Shown here one piece after another: positions 28,654 to 39,063 of a stretch of DNA of 64,000 bases. The notes below the pieces were generated by a model. The model made no database searches. It saw only the letters and a program-made list of their open reading frames with translations, and was not told where the DNA came from. Position 1 is the first letter of the stretch, and every line of letters starts with the position of its first letter. The DNA is from Alkalispirochaeta sp. (GTDB lineage Bacteria > Spirochaetota > Spirochaetia > DSM-27196 > Alkalispirochaetaceae), in contig CBDESZ010000001.1 of the NCBI GenBank assembly GCA_965242725.1, positions 32,001-96,000 on the forward strand. The letters are read 5' to 3'. A program made the translations under genes and the position numbers.

Positions 28654-30510
28654 ATGACCGGCGACGCAAAGAACCTCCTGAAAAAGACCTTCGGCTTCTC
28701 ATCATTCAGACCTCATCAGGAAGATATCGTGGCGGCGATACTGGACCATCGTGACGTCTTTGCCGCGCTGCCCACCGGCGGCGGCAAGTCCCTCTGTTAC
28801 CAGCTGCCTTCGCTGCTCCTGCCGAATCTGACCGTCGTGGTGAGCCCCTTGATCGCCCTCATGGAGGATCAGGTGACGGCGGCGCGGCAGATGGGGATTC
28901 CCGCCTCGTATCTCAACAGCACCCTCGGTGAGGAGGAGGCACGCTCGCTCTACCGGGAGATACACGCCGGTGTGATAAAACTTCTCTACGTTTCGCCGGA
29001 ACGACTTTCCCAGCCGAGATTTCGGGAAGCCCTTCACGGTTGGGGGGTATCGCTTTTCGCCATTGACGAGGCGCACTGTATCTCCGAGTGGGGCCACGAG
29101 TTTCGTCCGGAGTACCGGAACCTCACGGTTCTGCGATCCGAGTTTCCCGACGCGACGCTCGCGGCGTTCACCGCGACGGCCACACCTCGTGTACAGAATG
29201 ATGTTGTGTCGCTCCTCTCCCTCCGGGATGCCCACCTCGTTCGGGGTAATTTTGACCGCAGGGAAATATTCTACCGGGTAGCTCGCAAGGAACGGGTCAA
29301 CCGTCAGATCCACGACTTTATCGTCCGCCACTCGGACGAACCGGGCATCGTCTATCGCGCCACCCGCCGCTCCGTGGACGATACCGCCGCCTTTCTGGAG
29401 AACCACGGCGTTTCCGCACTGCCCTACCATGCAGGCCTTTCCGACGGGAATCGTCGGAGCAATCAGGCGGCGTTTGTCCGGGACGAAGTACAGGTGATTG
29501 TCGCAACCATCGCCTTCGGTATGGGCATAGACAAATCAAATGTGCGCTGGGTCGTCCACGGCGACCTGCCGCGGAGCGTTGAGGCGTACTATCAGGAGAC
29601 GGGCCGGGCGGGCCGTGACGGAGAGGACGCCGACACATGCCTGTTCTACGCCCCGGCGGACATCGCAAAGATCCGCTATCACATCGACCGCATGGAGGTC
29701 GACCGGGAACGGGAACAGGCGGAAGAGAACCTCAAGGAGGTGCTTCGATTTGTGGACTCCACGGTGTGCCGCCGGACACAGCTGTTACGACACTTCGGGC
29801 AGCAGCACGACGGTACATGTAACCGATGCGATGTCTGCACCACCACATCCACCATGGAGGACTGCACCAGGGAGGCACAAATGGTCATGTCCGCCATGGT
29901 GCGCACCGGCGAACGCTTCGGTACCCACCACGTAATCGATGTGGTGACCGGCACCACCGGGGATCGCATACAACGGCTCGGTCATGACGGATTGCCGACC
30001 TTCGGGGTCGGTGCGGACCGTTCGCGGTCGTGGTGGATACGCCTGACTGCGGATATGGAAGCGGCGAATCTCGTGGAACGTCGCGACGGGGAGCGCAGCG
30101 GCCTCCGACTCACCCGACGGGGAAAGGATGTGCTCTCCGGACGGGAACATTTCCGGCGACTTCACCGGGAGGAGAGCGTTCAGCGTGGCGGCACGGACAG
30201 GAGAAGTACCCCGTCGCCGTCAGGAAGCGCAGACGCGTCCGACGCGGCGGCGACGCTCGCCGAGGAAGAAGGAGACGCCCTCTTTCTCTGTCTCAAGAAG
30301 CTCAGACTCCGTCTTGCCCGGGAAGGTTCCCTTCCGCCCTATTTGATTTTCAGTGACCGCACGCTCCGCTCAATGGTTCAACTTTGTCCGCAGGAACGCC
30401 GGCAGCTGCTCGCCGTCCGTGGTGTGGGAGAACGGAAGGCGGACAGGTACGGCGACGCATTTCTGGAGCGTATCCGGGGATTTCTGGCTACCGGCAGCTG
30501 TCCCGATTGA
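28654..30510 (+). CDS. recQ: ATP-dependent DNA helicase RecQ
   Basis: Motifs PTGGGKSLCYQ, DEAHC, ATIAFGMGID and QETGRAGRDG; Zn-binding CRR..CNRCDVC; C-terminal HRDC domain. Confidence 0.95.
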   Translation: MTGDAKNLLKKTFGFSSFRPHQEDIVAAILDHRDVFAALPTGGGKSLCYQLPSLLLPNLTVVVSPLIALMEDQVTAARQMGIPASYLNSTLGEEEARSLYREIHAGVIKLLYVSPERLSQPRFREALHGWGVSLFAIDEAHCISEWGHEFRPEYRNLTVLRSEFPDATLAAFTATATPRVQNDVVSLLSLRDAHLVRGNFDRREIFYRVARKERVNRQIHDFIVRHSDEPGIVYRATRRSVDDTAAFLENHGVSALPYHAGLSDGNRRSNQAAFVRDEVQVIVATIAFGMGIDKSNVRWVVHGDLPRSVEAYYQETGRAGRDGEDADTCLFYAPADIAKIRYHIDRMEVDREREQAEENLKEVLRFVDSTVCRRTQLLRHFGQQHDGTCNRCDVCTTTSTMEDCTREAQMVMSAMVRTGERFGTHHVIDVVTGTTGDRIQRLGHDGLPTFGVGADRSRSWWIRLTADMEAANLVERRDGERSGLRLTRRGKDVLSGREHFRRLHREESVQRGGTDRRSTPSPSGSADASDAAATLAEEEGDALFLCLKKLRLRLAREGSLPPYLIFSDRTLRSMVQLCPQERRQLLAVRGVGERKADRYGDAFLERIRGFLATGSCPD

Positions 30511-30534
30511 CGTATCGAAGCGGGGACGACGAAA

Positions 30535-32406
30535 TCATCCTGTTGTTGCTTCAGTGGTCCTGAACCGGGTGACCCGGTGTTCTATTTCCCCGATCGTCTC
30601 GCGATTGGCGTTTGACATTTCATTCACGTTTGTGATCGAAATATTGATCTCCCGCGTGCCGGCCACGATCTCTTCCATGGAGGAACGCATCGCCGCCGTT
30701 GCCTCACTGAGTTCCGATACGACCTGGAGAATCTGGCGATTGGCGCTGCTCATTTCGGATGCACCAACCTGGACGGTACGGGCAATTTCATTGAGCTCAT
30801 TCATGGCGCCACGAATTTCCCGACCGTGCTGCCCCTGAAGTTCAATCTCACCCGAGAGCCGGGCAAAGACATCTTCCACCTCACGGATCGTACCGTCAAC
30901 CTTACCGAGAAGCTCTTTGGTTTGATTGGTACGGCCGACGCTTGTTTCAATATCGGATTCCATACCCTTTATTTCGTCGGCGATACGCCTGGACTGGGTG
31001 GACGATTGGTCGGCGAGTTTCCTGATTTCTTCTGCAACGACGGAAAATCCCCGTCCGCTCTCTCCTGCGTGGGCCGCTTCTATGGCCGCGTTCATCGCAA
31101 GGAGGTTTGTCTGTGCCGCGATGTTCACAACAAATGAGTTGGCCTCCTGCAGCGACCGGGAGCGATTCGTCATTTTTTCCACGGCGGTCTGCATCTCCTC
31201 TGCGGCGTTGTTTCCGTCATCGATACGTTCCCGCAGTGCATGAATCTGTTCACGGGTATTTCCCGAGGTTGCGAGTATTGATTCAACGCCGCCGAGCATT
31301 TTATTGATGGTCTCCGCGGTACGGTCGATAGTCGCGGCTTCACGTTCGACCTGTTCATTGAGAGCGTCTATGTTTCGCGTCAATTCTTCAACTGACGCCG
31401 CCGTTGAGGTTACCTGTCCGCCCTGGTTATCCACCTGTCGAGTCACGCTTTCGATGTTGGCCGTGATTTGATTGACCGCTGCCGCCGTTTCATTCATATT
31501 CGTCGCCAGATCGGTACCCAGGTTCTTCAATGTGCCCACAGACTCTTTCATCCCTGCAATCATCACCTGCAGCGACTCGATAAAGCCGTCAAAACTCCGT
31601 GCGACCTGCCCCACCTCATCGGTGCCGTTAACGGGGAGCCGCTGGGTCAGGTCCGCCGCGCCCGCCGCGATCTCGTTCAGCGCTCCGCTGACATGCGACA
31701 GCGGCCGCATGAGTCGCCGACCGATGAGAAATATCACGACAAAGAATACGATTACCGCAACCAGGGACGCGGCGATCATTGAATAGACAATACGACTCAG
31801 CCGCGTGCGATTGGCGGCGTCGATATCCGAGAGAAGCACCTCGATTTGATCGATATAGTTGCCCGTTCCTACCACCCAGTCAAACGGTTCAAAAAGAAGG
31901 GAGTACCCCCTCTTCGGGAACGCCTCTCCTCCGCCACTCTTGGGAAACCAGTAGTCTGTGTATCCGCCCCCCGGCTGTGACCCCTTCTCGATGATCTCCC
32001 GTATAATGTACTTGCCGTTTACGTCCTGCAGATCCATACGATTGGTTCCCTCCGAGTCGCGCCCCAGCAGTACGACGTTGGTGCCGTCACTGGTATCCAC
32101 CCAGAAATACCCCTCTTCACCGTACCGCAGGTCCCGCAGCGCGTCGGCGGCGTCGCGCCGCGCCCGCTCCATCGAGACTTCACCCTCCCGGGCACGCTGA
32201 TAGTGATAGTTGACGAGACTTACCGCCGTCTCGACCTGGGTTTTGATCATTTCATCGTAGTCCCTGAGCAGCAATTCCCGCTCCGTCATTTGAATCTCTT
32301 CAAAGATACCGCGTATGGAAAGTGCGATCACTGCGGTGAGCGAGGCCATTAAAAGGGCCGCCGTTATTCCGGCAGCCAATGCTATTTTTGTACTTAAGTG
32401 TTTCAA
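30535..32406 (-). CDS. Methyl-accepting chemotaxis protein (Cache-type sensor, HAMP, spirochete-like signalling domain)
   Basis: TM, then Cache (GYFWV..D.NG..Y.FPK..PK..Y...FEPFDW), TM, HAMP and [21 protein letters not shown]. Start uncertain (TTG 32406 or GTG 32442). Confidence 0.92.
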   Translation of the reverse strand: MKHLSTKIALAAGITAALLMASLTAVIALSIRGIFEEIQMTERELLLRDYDEMIKTQVETAVSLVNYHYQRAREGEVSMERARRDAADALRDLRYGEEGYFWVDTSDGTNVVLLGRDSEGTNRMDLQDVNGKYIIREIIEKGSQPGGGYTDYWFPKSGGGEAFPKRGYSLLFEPFDWVVGTGNYIDQIEVLLSDIDAANRTRLSRIVYSMIAASLVAVIVFFVVIFLIGRRLMRPLSHVSGALNEIAAGAADLTQRLPVNGTDEVGQVARSFDGFIESLQVMIAGMKESVGTLKNLGTDLATNMNETAAAVNQITANIESVTRQVDNQGGQVTSTAASVEELTRNIDALNEQVEREAATIDRTAETINKMLGGVESILATSGNTREQIHALRERIDDGNNAAEEMQTAVEKMTNRSRSLQEANSFVVNIAAQTNLLAMNAAIEAAHAGESGRGFSVVAEEIRKLADQSSTQSRRIADEIKGMESDIETSVGRTNQTKELLGKVDGTIREVEDVFARLSGEIELQGQHGREIRGAMNELNEIARTVQVGASEMSSANRQILQVVSELSEATAAMRSSMEEIVAGTREINISITNVNEMSNANRETIGEIEHRVTRFRTTEATTG

Positions 32407-32589
32407 GAAAAATTCACCCTTTTTTCGATCAAGCCACGGCACGGAACGGCCGTATGAATTGAGGCGTCAAATTGTAGCGGCAACTCAGGAGGAACGCAAG
32501 AAAAATCTACGTGTGCGCGTGATGCCGGGAAATCGATCGTCGGTGCTTGCAGATCGGGCCATCTTCTCCTACTATCCTGGAAACCCAAA

Positions 32590-34503
32590 ATGAAAAGTCG
32601 GTTGTCTGCTCGTCTACTTCTCATGGCTGTTCTCCCTCTCGTTGTATCCTTTGCAATGTTCGTTCTCGCCCTCGGCGCCTTCAACCGCGTCAGGGGAGTC
32701 GTGGTGGAGGTTCAGGAAGAAAAGATGCAGCAGATGGTGGCGCTGGCGAGCAGTTCCATAAACCGGCTCTGGATCGCTCCCCGGATCTACGCCGCTCATT
32801 CGCTGAGTCAAAGCCCGACCCTGTCCGAGCATCTCGCCCGGGGTGACCGGGCGGAGGAGCTCTACGAGGAATGGTCATCGGCGCGTTCAATCCTGGAGGG
32901 GACGTTTTACATCTATTACGCCCTTGAAGACGGAAGCATTCTCCACTATCCCCCGGTTCCGCTTCCCGAGGGATTCGACCCGCGGACAAGACCGTGGTAC
33001 AAAGCGGGTATCGCCTCTCCCGGAGGGACGGTCTGGTCTCCGCCCTATGAAGAAGTCGTAACCGGAGAAACCCTCGTCAGCGCGGTAACGCCCCTGTTCG
33101 ACGACGGGGGAAATCGGATCGGTGTCTTTTCAATGGATGTCGTTCTGGAAGCGGTGGAAACGTCCCTTGAAGGTATTGAGCTCCCCCGGGATGGAGAAGT
33201 CTTTCTCTTGAACCGGCAGGGGCTGCCATTCGTAGGAACCGACGAGCACATCGTCGAGGCGGGATCCCTGCCCGCTCCGACGGACAAACTCATCGTGGAC
33301 ATCGGGGATCCTCTCTCCAGCGGGTGGCGCGTTGCGGTGGTCGTGCCGAGGCAGTCTCTTACCGACCGCTTTGCCCGCGTCCGGCAGCCGATGGTCTTTT
33401 CCTTCGGGCTCCTGGCGGCCCTCTCGGCCATCGTCATTTCATGGCTGGTTGGCAGTCTCGTATCAAGGACGCGACGTCTGGCAGCGTACTTTGACGATGT
33501 GACTCGGGGTGACACGCCGATTCATCTCGTTTTTCGGACGAGAGACGAGTTTCATTATCTCAATAAACAGTTCAACAGAGTCATTCTGGACGCGCGGCAT
33601 ATGGAAGAGCGGAGACTATCCCAGGAACGACGCTTTCGTCTCCTTGTGGAACGAGCTCCCATTGGATTCTTTCGAACCCGTCTCGACGGTTCCGTCATCT
33701 ACGCAAACGACCACCTCGCGCGATTGCTCGGCAGGAACCAGGAAGAACTGTACCGGCTCCCGACAATCGCTCTGCTTTACCGAAATCGGAAGGACCGGAA
33801 CGACATTCTCACCGCCCTGGAGTCCGACGGGGAAGTGCGGGACAGACGGATTCAATACGTGCAAATGACCGGAAAGATCATGTGGCTGTCCATTAACGCC
33901 GTTTTAACACCCCCCGACGAGGGAGAATCGGAGCGCCATATCGAGGGGTTTGTTGTAGACGTCACCACCGACATGGCGGAACGGGAAAATCTCAAGCGGC
34001 TTTCCGAGACCGACCCTCTCACGGGGATTGCCAATCGGCGATCCTTCAACGCCGCGACGGCGCGTCTCATGGAGCGGAGCAAGACCTTTGGAGATCCCGT
34101 CGGGCTGATTCTCTTCGATGTCGATCATTTCAAACGCCTGAACGACAATCGGGGTCACGACCTCGGCGACGCGGTGCTGCGACTGGTTTCCTCCATCGGA
34201 ACCCGGATCATCCGCCGGTCGGACCTGTTTGCACGGATCGGAGGCGACGAATTTGCCATTCTCCTCCCCGGCGCGACGGAAGAAGATGCCTATCACCTCG
34301 GTTGTGAACTCAGAAAGGAAGTGGAAGCAGCCCGGCATTCTCTCGGCCTGTCACACAAGGTGACGGTGAGTGTCGGTGTAGGATGCTCCGCCGGCGATGA
34401 AACAGATCTCCGTGAGACGATCAAAATCGCCGACAACGCCCTCTATGCGGCGAAGAACGCCGGACGCAATTGCGTCCGGCGCGCGTCGGAGTGCTGCAGG
34501 TAA
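32590..34503 (+). CDS. Membrane diguanylate cyclase (Cache-PAS-GGDEF)
   Basis: DPRTRPWY Cache motif, PAS domain, intact GGDEF with RRSD I-site. Confidence 0.92.
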   Translation: MKSRLSARLLLMAVLPLVVSFAMFVLALGAFNRVRGVVVEVQEEKMQQMVALASSSINRLWIAPRIYAAHSLSQSPTLSEHLARGDRAEELYEEWSSARSILEGTFYIYYALEDGSILHYPPVPLPEGFDPRTRPWYKAGIASPGGTVWSPPYEEVVTGETLVSAVTPLFDDGGNRIGVFSMDVVLEAVETSLEGIELPRDGEVFLLNRQGLPFVGTDEHIVEAGSLPAPTDKLIVDIGDPLSSGWRVAVVVPRQSLTDRFARVRQPMVFSFGLLAALSAIVISWLVGSLVSRTRRLAAYFDDVTRGDTPIHLVFRTRDEFHYLNKQFNRVILDARHMEERRLSQERRFRLLVERAPIGFFRTRLDGSVIYANDHLARLLGRNQEELYRLPTIALLYRNRKDRNDILTALESDGEVRDRRIQYVQMTGKIMWLSINAVLTPPDEGESERHIEGFVVDVTTDMAERENLKRLSETDPLTGIANRRSFNAATARLMERSKTFGDPVGLILFDVDHFKRLNDNRGHDLGDAVLRLVSSIGTRIIRRSDLFARIGGDEFAILLPGATEEDAYHLGCELRKEVEAARHSLGLSHKVTVSVGVGCSAGDETDLRETIKIADNALYAAKNAGRNCVRRASECCR

Positions 34504-34555
34504 CGAAATAACGGCAATTTTGCATTCCGTCGTCTGCCGGGTGACACCTCCCGGT

Positions 34556-35023
34556 CTAGCTGACCTGTTCGATCGCTTCGTCGGTAAAAACGTTCTCGAT
34601 CCGGAGAAGCAATACGAAATCGTCACCGCCCCGTACCATACCGTAAAGCAGCTGAGCTTCCACAGGCGCCCCCATTTTCGGCGGCGGCTGTACTGCATCA
34701 TTTTCGACCGTCAGAACCTCGGCGACACTGTCGACAAGGACGCCGATCAATGTGTCCGCTGCACTCCCGGGACGCTCTACAATGACCACCGCGCTGTTCT
34801 CCGTGGGCGGCTCCTGCTGCATACCAAGCTTGACCCGCAGGTCGACCACCGGTACCACCCGGCCGCGGACGTTCATCACGCCCAGAAGCGACGAGGAAAG
34901 GCGTGGAATCCGGGTGATCCGCGGGAGCTCCAGGATTTCCCGTACCGAACGGACGTCAATTCCGTAGATTTCTTCGGCAAGTCGAAATGTCAAATACTGG
35001 GCAGTCGCCAGGATGGTATCCAT
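34556..35023 (-). CDS. cheW: Chemotaxis scaffold CheW
   Basis: Motifs YLTFRL..E.YGI, GVMNVRGRVVPVVDL and GVLVDSV.EV. Start at ATG 35023 after GAGGAG. Confidence 0.92.
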   Translation of the reverse strand: MDTILATAQYLTFRLAEEIYGIDVRSVREILELPRITRIPRLSSSLLGVMNVRGRVVPVVDLRVKLGMQQEPPTENSAVVIVERPGSAADTLIGVLVDSVAEVLTVENDAVQPPPKMGAPVEAQLLYGMVRGGDDFVLLLRIENVFTDEAIEQVS

Positions 35024-35024
35024 A

Positions 35025-36974
35025 TCAATACTCCTCAAAGCTGGCGTCAATTTCGTCGGGAGCCGCGATAACAGCGGTGTGAAGACGATGGCTGTTGCCG
35101 GAACCATTGGACCCGATCGTCCGGGGGAGCCCTTTCCCCACCATTCCCCGGCTGCCCAGGACGAGGTCCGTCCCGCCCCTGGTTCGGAAAAACGCGATGC
35201 TTTCCTTGAGGTGCTCAGCCTGTCGGGCAAGTTCCTCACTCGTCGCGGCCATCTCCTCGGAAGCGCTCGCATTCTGTTGAATCACCTGGTCAAGCTGGAG
35301 AATAGCCTTGTTTATCTGCTCGACACCCTGGTCCTGTTCGTTGCTGGCTGCGCTGATCTCCTGAACGAGGTCTGCCGTGCGTTGAATATTCGGGACGAGC
35401 TCTCTCAACATCGTGCCGGCGTGGGCCGCGACTTCAACACTTGAACTGGAAAGGTCGCCGATTTCCGCCGCCGCAGCCTGGCTGCGCTGGGCAAGCTTGC
35501 CGACTTCCGCCGCAACGACGGCAAAGCCTTTGCCATGCTCGCCGGCGCGGGCTGCTTCAATGGCAGCGTTCAAGGCCAGCAGATTTGTCTGACGGGCAAT
35601 CTCTTCAATAATTGTGATCTTTTCCGCGATTGCATTCATCGCCGTCACGGCTCTCGTTACCGCTTCACCGCTTTCCGCCGCGTTCTTCGCCGCCTGTGTT
35701 GCGATTTTCTCCGTCTGGAGGGCGTTATCCGCGTTCTGTTTCACATTGGAACCCATTTGCTCCATAGAAGCGCTGATCTCTTCGGCGCTGGAGGCCTGCT
35801 CGGTTGCACCCTGAGAGAGTTGTTCCGCCGTTGCACTGAGCTGCTGGCTGCCGGTGCTCACGTGGTCACTTGCACTCTGGACATCGGTAATGACTCGCGC
35901 AATCTCACCGACCATCCCGTCCATCGCATCGAGGAGCCGCGCCGTCTCGTCCTTGCTCACCACTTCAAATTCCACGGTGAGATCCCCTGCGGCGAGCTTG
36001 TTTGTCACATCCACCGCGATTGTCAGGGGTTTCAGCTTGCGATAGAGAACGACTACCATGAGGAACAGACTGAGGACGATCGCGATACTTCCGTAGAGGA
36101 TCAGCGTTTCCGCAAGCTCACGTGCATTCTGGATGAAATCGGAAACCGGCATGATTGCCACCGCATTGAAGTCGAACTCCTCATTGCGGACTGACGTGAG
36201 AATCCGGTTTTCGCCTCCGAAATTGTATGTGATGTCGGTCCCTGAAGGGGCGGCGAGCATCTGCCGGCCCCACTCATACTCGTTGAGGTTGAGGCTCAGT
36301 ACATACTCCTGATTCGGATGGGCGATCACCAGGCCGTCCCCGGTGGTGACGGAAACATATCCCGTCTTCCCGACTACCACATCGTCTACGAGAGCGGACG
36401 AAACTTCATACAGACTCAGGACAAGGCCGAGACCGGCAACAATTTCGCCGTCGCTGTAAATGGGCGCCGTCATGACGACGATGGGAAGGCCCGTTCGGGG
36501 CGACGGCTCGGGTTGGCCAAGGGCGATCTCACCTTGCAGGGAGAGGAGAGCCGCTGCTCTGTCGCCTTCAGGAAGGACGATTCCCACCGCGCCGCCTCCA
36601 ACTCCGTCCGCCACCACCGTCGGTTCCTGCTCGGCTGAAAAGACGATGACATTTGAATATCCCTCAAAATGGTCAACGTATCCGGCCAGATATTCCGATA
36701 CGGCGGAGTAGTTTCCGACGGCCACATTGGTTGCAAGGACCGGATCATCACTCATGAACTGAGCAATCTCTCTCTGATCGCGGAAATACGCTTCCAGCCG
36801 CGACGCGGTGAGACGGGAAACGATCCTCATTTCGTGCGTCCACGTCTCTTCGAGGAGCCCTGCGGCTCTCGTATATGCGGTAATACTTAATAGTGTCACG
36901 AGCGCGAGTATCACCAATCCGGTGAGTACGCTCAGCGAAAGCTTCATACTTCCGTACTTTTTCTTCCGGTTCAT
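35025..36974 (-). CDS. Methyl-accepting chemotaxis protein (dCache, short signalling domain, C-terminal pentapeptide SFEEY)
   Basis: TM-dCache-TM-HAMP and [31 protein letters not shown] before ATG 36974. Confidence 0.93.
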   Translation of the reverse strand: MNRKKKYGSMKLSLSVLTGLVILALVTLLSITAYTRAAGLLEETWTHEMRIVSRLTASRLEAYFRDQREIAQFMSDDPVLATNVAVGNYSAVSEYLAGYVDHFEGYSNVIVFSAEQEPTVVADGVGGGAVGIVLPEGDRAAALLSLQGEIALGQPEPSPRTGLPIVVMTAPIYSDGEIVAGLGLVLSLYEVSSALVDDVVVGKTGYVSVTTGDGLVIAHPNQEYVLSLNLNEYEWGRQMLAAPSGTDITYNFGGENRILTSVRNEEFDFNAVAIMPVSDFIQNARELAETLILYGSIAIVLSLFLMVVVLYRKLKPLTIAVDVTNKLAAGDLTVEFEVVSKDETARLLDAMDGMVGEIARVITDVQSASDHVSTGSQQLSATAEQLSQGATEQASSAEEISASMEQMGSNVKQNADNALQTEKIATQAAKNAAESGEAVTRAVTAMNAIAEKITIIEEIARQTNLLALNAAIEAARAGEHGKGFAVVAAEVGKLAQRSQAAAAEIGDLSSSSVEVAAHAGTMLRELVPNIQRTADLVQEISAASNEQDQGVEQINKAILQLDQVIQQNASASEEMAATSEELARQAEHLKESIAFFRTRGGTDLVLGSRGMVGKGLPRTIGSNGSGNSHRLHTAVIAAPDEIDASFEEY

Positions 36975-37037
36975 CGCTCTGAACCTCCTGCTGTAAAATC
37001 CGTCGCCACGTGCGTGGGACGTATATGGTTCCTTCAA

Positions 37038-37053
37038 AGCAATCACCGTGCCA
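37038..37053 (-). promoter_or_regulatory. Sigma-54 (-24/-12) promoter of mcp-cheW
   Basis: Minus strand reads TGGCAC-GGTGA-TTGCT, matching consensus TGGCAC-N5-TTGCW. Confidence 0.85.
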
Positions 37054-37109
37054 CTTTCTTGAATCACTTAATTGTTTATATAAAAATGATTTACACACTG
37101 ATCACGACG

Positions 37110-37123
37110 GGGACAAATGTCCC
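37110..37123. promoter_or_regulatory. Candidate upstream activating sequence (enhancer)
   Basis: Palindrome GGGACAAATGTCCC, 13/14 identical to 41435-41448. Confidence 0.75.
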
Positions 37124-37141
37124 TGCCCGCTCCAAATGTCG

Positions 37142-38206
37142 CTATTTCATTGCCGAAAGAACTGCAGCGGCCATCGACTGGAGTGATACAACCCTGGATA
37201 CGCCACCCCGTTCCATCGCCTCTTTCGGCATACCGAAGACGACACACGACGCTTCATCCTGTGCATAGGTGACCGCCCCGGCCTCACGCATTTCCCTGAG
37301 GCCTTCCGCTCCGTCGTCTCCCATTCCGGTCATGATGACCCCCACGGCGTTTCGTCCCGCCGCGGATGCGGCGGAACGGAAGAGAACGTCCACTGAAGGC
37401 CGGTGGCGGTTCACCTGCTCTCCGTAGACGACATTCACGCGGTACCGGGCGCCGCTTCTTCGCAGAAGCAGATGTTTGTTTCCCGGCGCGATCAGGGCAC
37501 GACCACGCAGGACGGCGTCGTTGTCCTGTGCTTCCTTCACCTTTATCGCGCAAAGACCATCAAGACGTCTGGCAAAGGTGCGGGTAAAGTGCTCCGGCAT
37601 GTGTTGGACAATCACAATACCCGGCGCGTCGCTCGGCATCGCTTCCAGAAATACCCGAACCGCCTCGGTGCCTCCCGTGGATGCGCCTGCCACGACGACC
37701 CGCTCCGTTGTCTCGCGCAACCCCTTCGGCGCGGTCCGTTTCAGTACTGCGTCCGCATTGAATCGGGGTACCGGCGTGCGGCCGTATACCCCGGCTGCAC
37801 GGAGATTGGCGAGGCTCGCCGCCCGTATCGCGTTTGCGATACGGAACCGAGACTCCTCCAGGAAGTGCTTTGTCCCGATTCTCGGTTTGCCGATCACCTC
37901 CACCGCCCCCAGTTCCAGGGCGCGTATGGCAGCTTCCGTTCCTTCTCCGACGAGGGACGAGCATATGACGACCGGCAGGGGGTCGCTCGTCATGATTCGC
38001 TGGAGAAACTCGAGACCGTCCATTCGCGGCATTTCAAGGTCGAGAGTTACCACATCAGGACGTTGGTTCTTCATGATTTCCATAGCGATGACCGGGTCCC
38101 GTGCGGTACCGATCACTTCAATGTCTCCGGTGCTGGAAAGGAGTTCCGTCAGGGTTTGACGGACGAGGGCCGAGTCGTCGACGACAAGGGTCCTGATCTT
38201 TTTCAT
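37142..38206 (-). CDS. cheB: Chemotaxis response regulator/methylesterase CheB
   Basis: Receiver (VVDDS, LDLEMP) plus ASTGG, QHMP, RPSVD and GMGDDG. Confidence 0.96.
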   Translation of the reverse strand: MKKIRTLVVDDSALVRQTLTELLSSTGDIEVIGTARDPVIAMEIMKNQRPDVVTLDLEMPRMDGLEFLQRIMTSDPLPVVICSSLVGEGTEAAIRALELGAVEVIGKPRIGTKHFLEESRFRIANAIRAASLANLRAAGVYGRTPVPRFNADAVLKRTAPKGLRETTERVVVAGASTGGTEAVRVFLEAMPSDAPGIVIVQHMPEHFTRTFARRLDGLCAIKVKEAQDNDAVLRGRALIAPGNKHLLLRRSGARYRVNVVYGEQVNRHRPSVDVLFRSAASAAGRNAVGVIMTGMGDDGAEGLREMREAGAVTYAQDEASCVVFGMPKEAMERGGVSRVVSLQSMAAAVLSAMK

Positions 38207-39063
38207 GAGGAGAATTTCCCGGCGAGCCGCCGATATACCGTCGGCCGAACAAGTTCCAGTGGCAGATCCATATCAAACAGCGCTTCCGAGTGTCCCACAA
38301 AGAGGTATCCGCCGGGGCGAATTGTCTCGACTACCTGAGTGACCACGTCCACCTTCTCTTCCCGGTCGAAATAGATAATGACGTTGCGAAGAAAGACAAT
38401 GTCGAATGTACCGGGCCGGCCCCCCCGCGTCTGTAAAAGGTTGTGCCGGCGGAACGTGATGGAACCCCGGATTTCGGGTGTAACCCTGAACATCCCGTCA
38501 TACGTCCCTTTTCCCCGTCGAAGGTATCGCCTGCGAAAGGTGTCGGGGATCGGTGCAACCCGCTCCTCCGGGTAGATCCCTTCCCGAGCCGCATTCAGAA
38601 CACGTCCCGACAAATCGGTCCCGAGAATCTCGACATCAAAATCGGAACGGTTCCGACGGTAATCGTCCAGAACCATCGCAATGGTATAAGGCTCTTCGCC
38701 GGTGGAACACGCCGCACTCCACACATTCAGCTTCCGTCGCGGAGCCGGTCCGGGGGTATGGAACATTCCGGGCAGGATGAGATCGGTGAGAACACGAAAA
38801 TGCTCGGGCTCCCGGAAGAAATCGGTCTTGTTCGTCGTGATGACGTCTATCATTTCCGACAGCTCGTTCCGTATCCCGTCACTGGAAAAGAGATATTCGA
38901 CGTAGTCACCGTGAGTGGTACGGCCCGTCGTTGCGAGCCGCTTACGAAGCCGGAGTTCCACCATCACCCGTTTTGCATCGACTAGATTGATCCCCGACCG
39001 TTCTTTTACCAGGCTACGTACCCGTCTGAAATCATCGTCGGAGAGATGGGAACGTCCCGTCAT
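38203..39063 (-). CDS. cheR: Chemotaxis methyltransferase CheR
   Basis: Motifs [30 protein letters not shown] and GHSE. Confidence 0.96.
   Translation of the reverse strand: MTGRSHLSDDDFRRVRSLVKERSGINLVDAKRVMVELRLRKRLATTGRTTHGDYVEYLFSSDGIRNELSEMIDVITTNKTDFFREPEHFRVLTDLILPGMFHTPGPAPRRKLNVWSAACSTGEEPYTIAMVLDDYRRNRSDFDVEILGTDLSGRVLNAAREGIYPEERVAPIPDTFRRRYLRRGKGTYDGMFRVTPEIRGSITFRRHNLLQTRGGRPGTFDIVFLRNVIIYFDREEKVDVVTQVVETIRPGGYLFVGHSEALFDMDLPLELVRPTVYRRLAGKFSS

Noticed and set aside
34556..35272. Extended 238-aa CheW or MCP-CheW fusion
   Set aside because: The N-terminal extension overlaps the MCP in another frame; a proper RBS and ATG lie at 35023.
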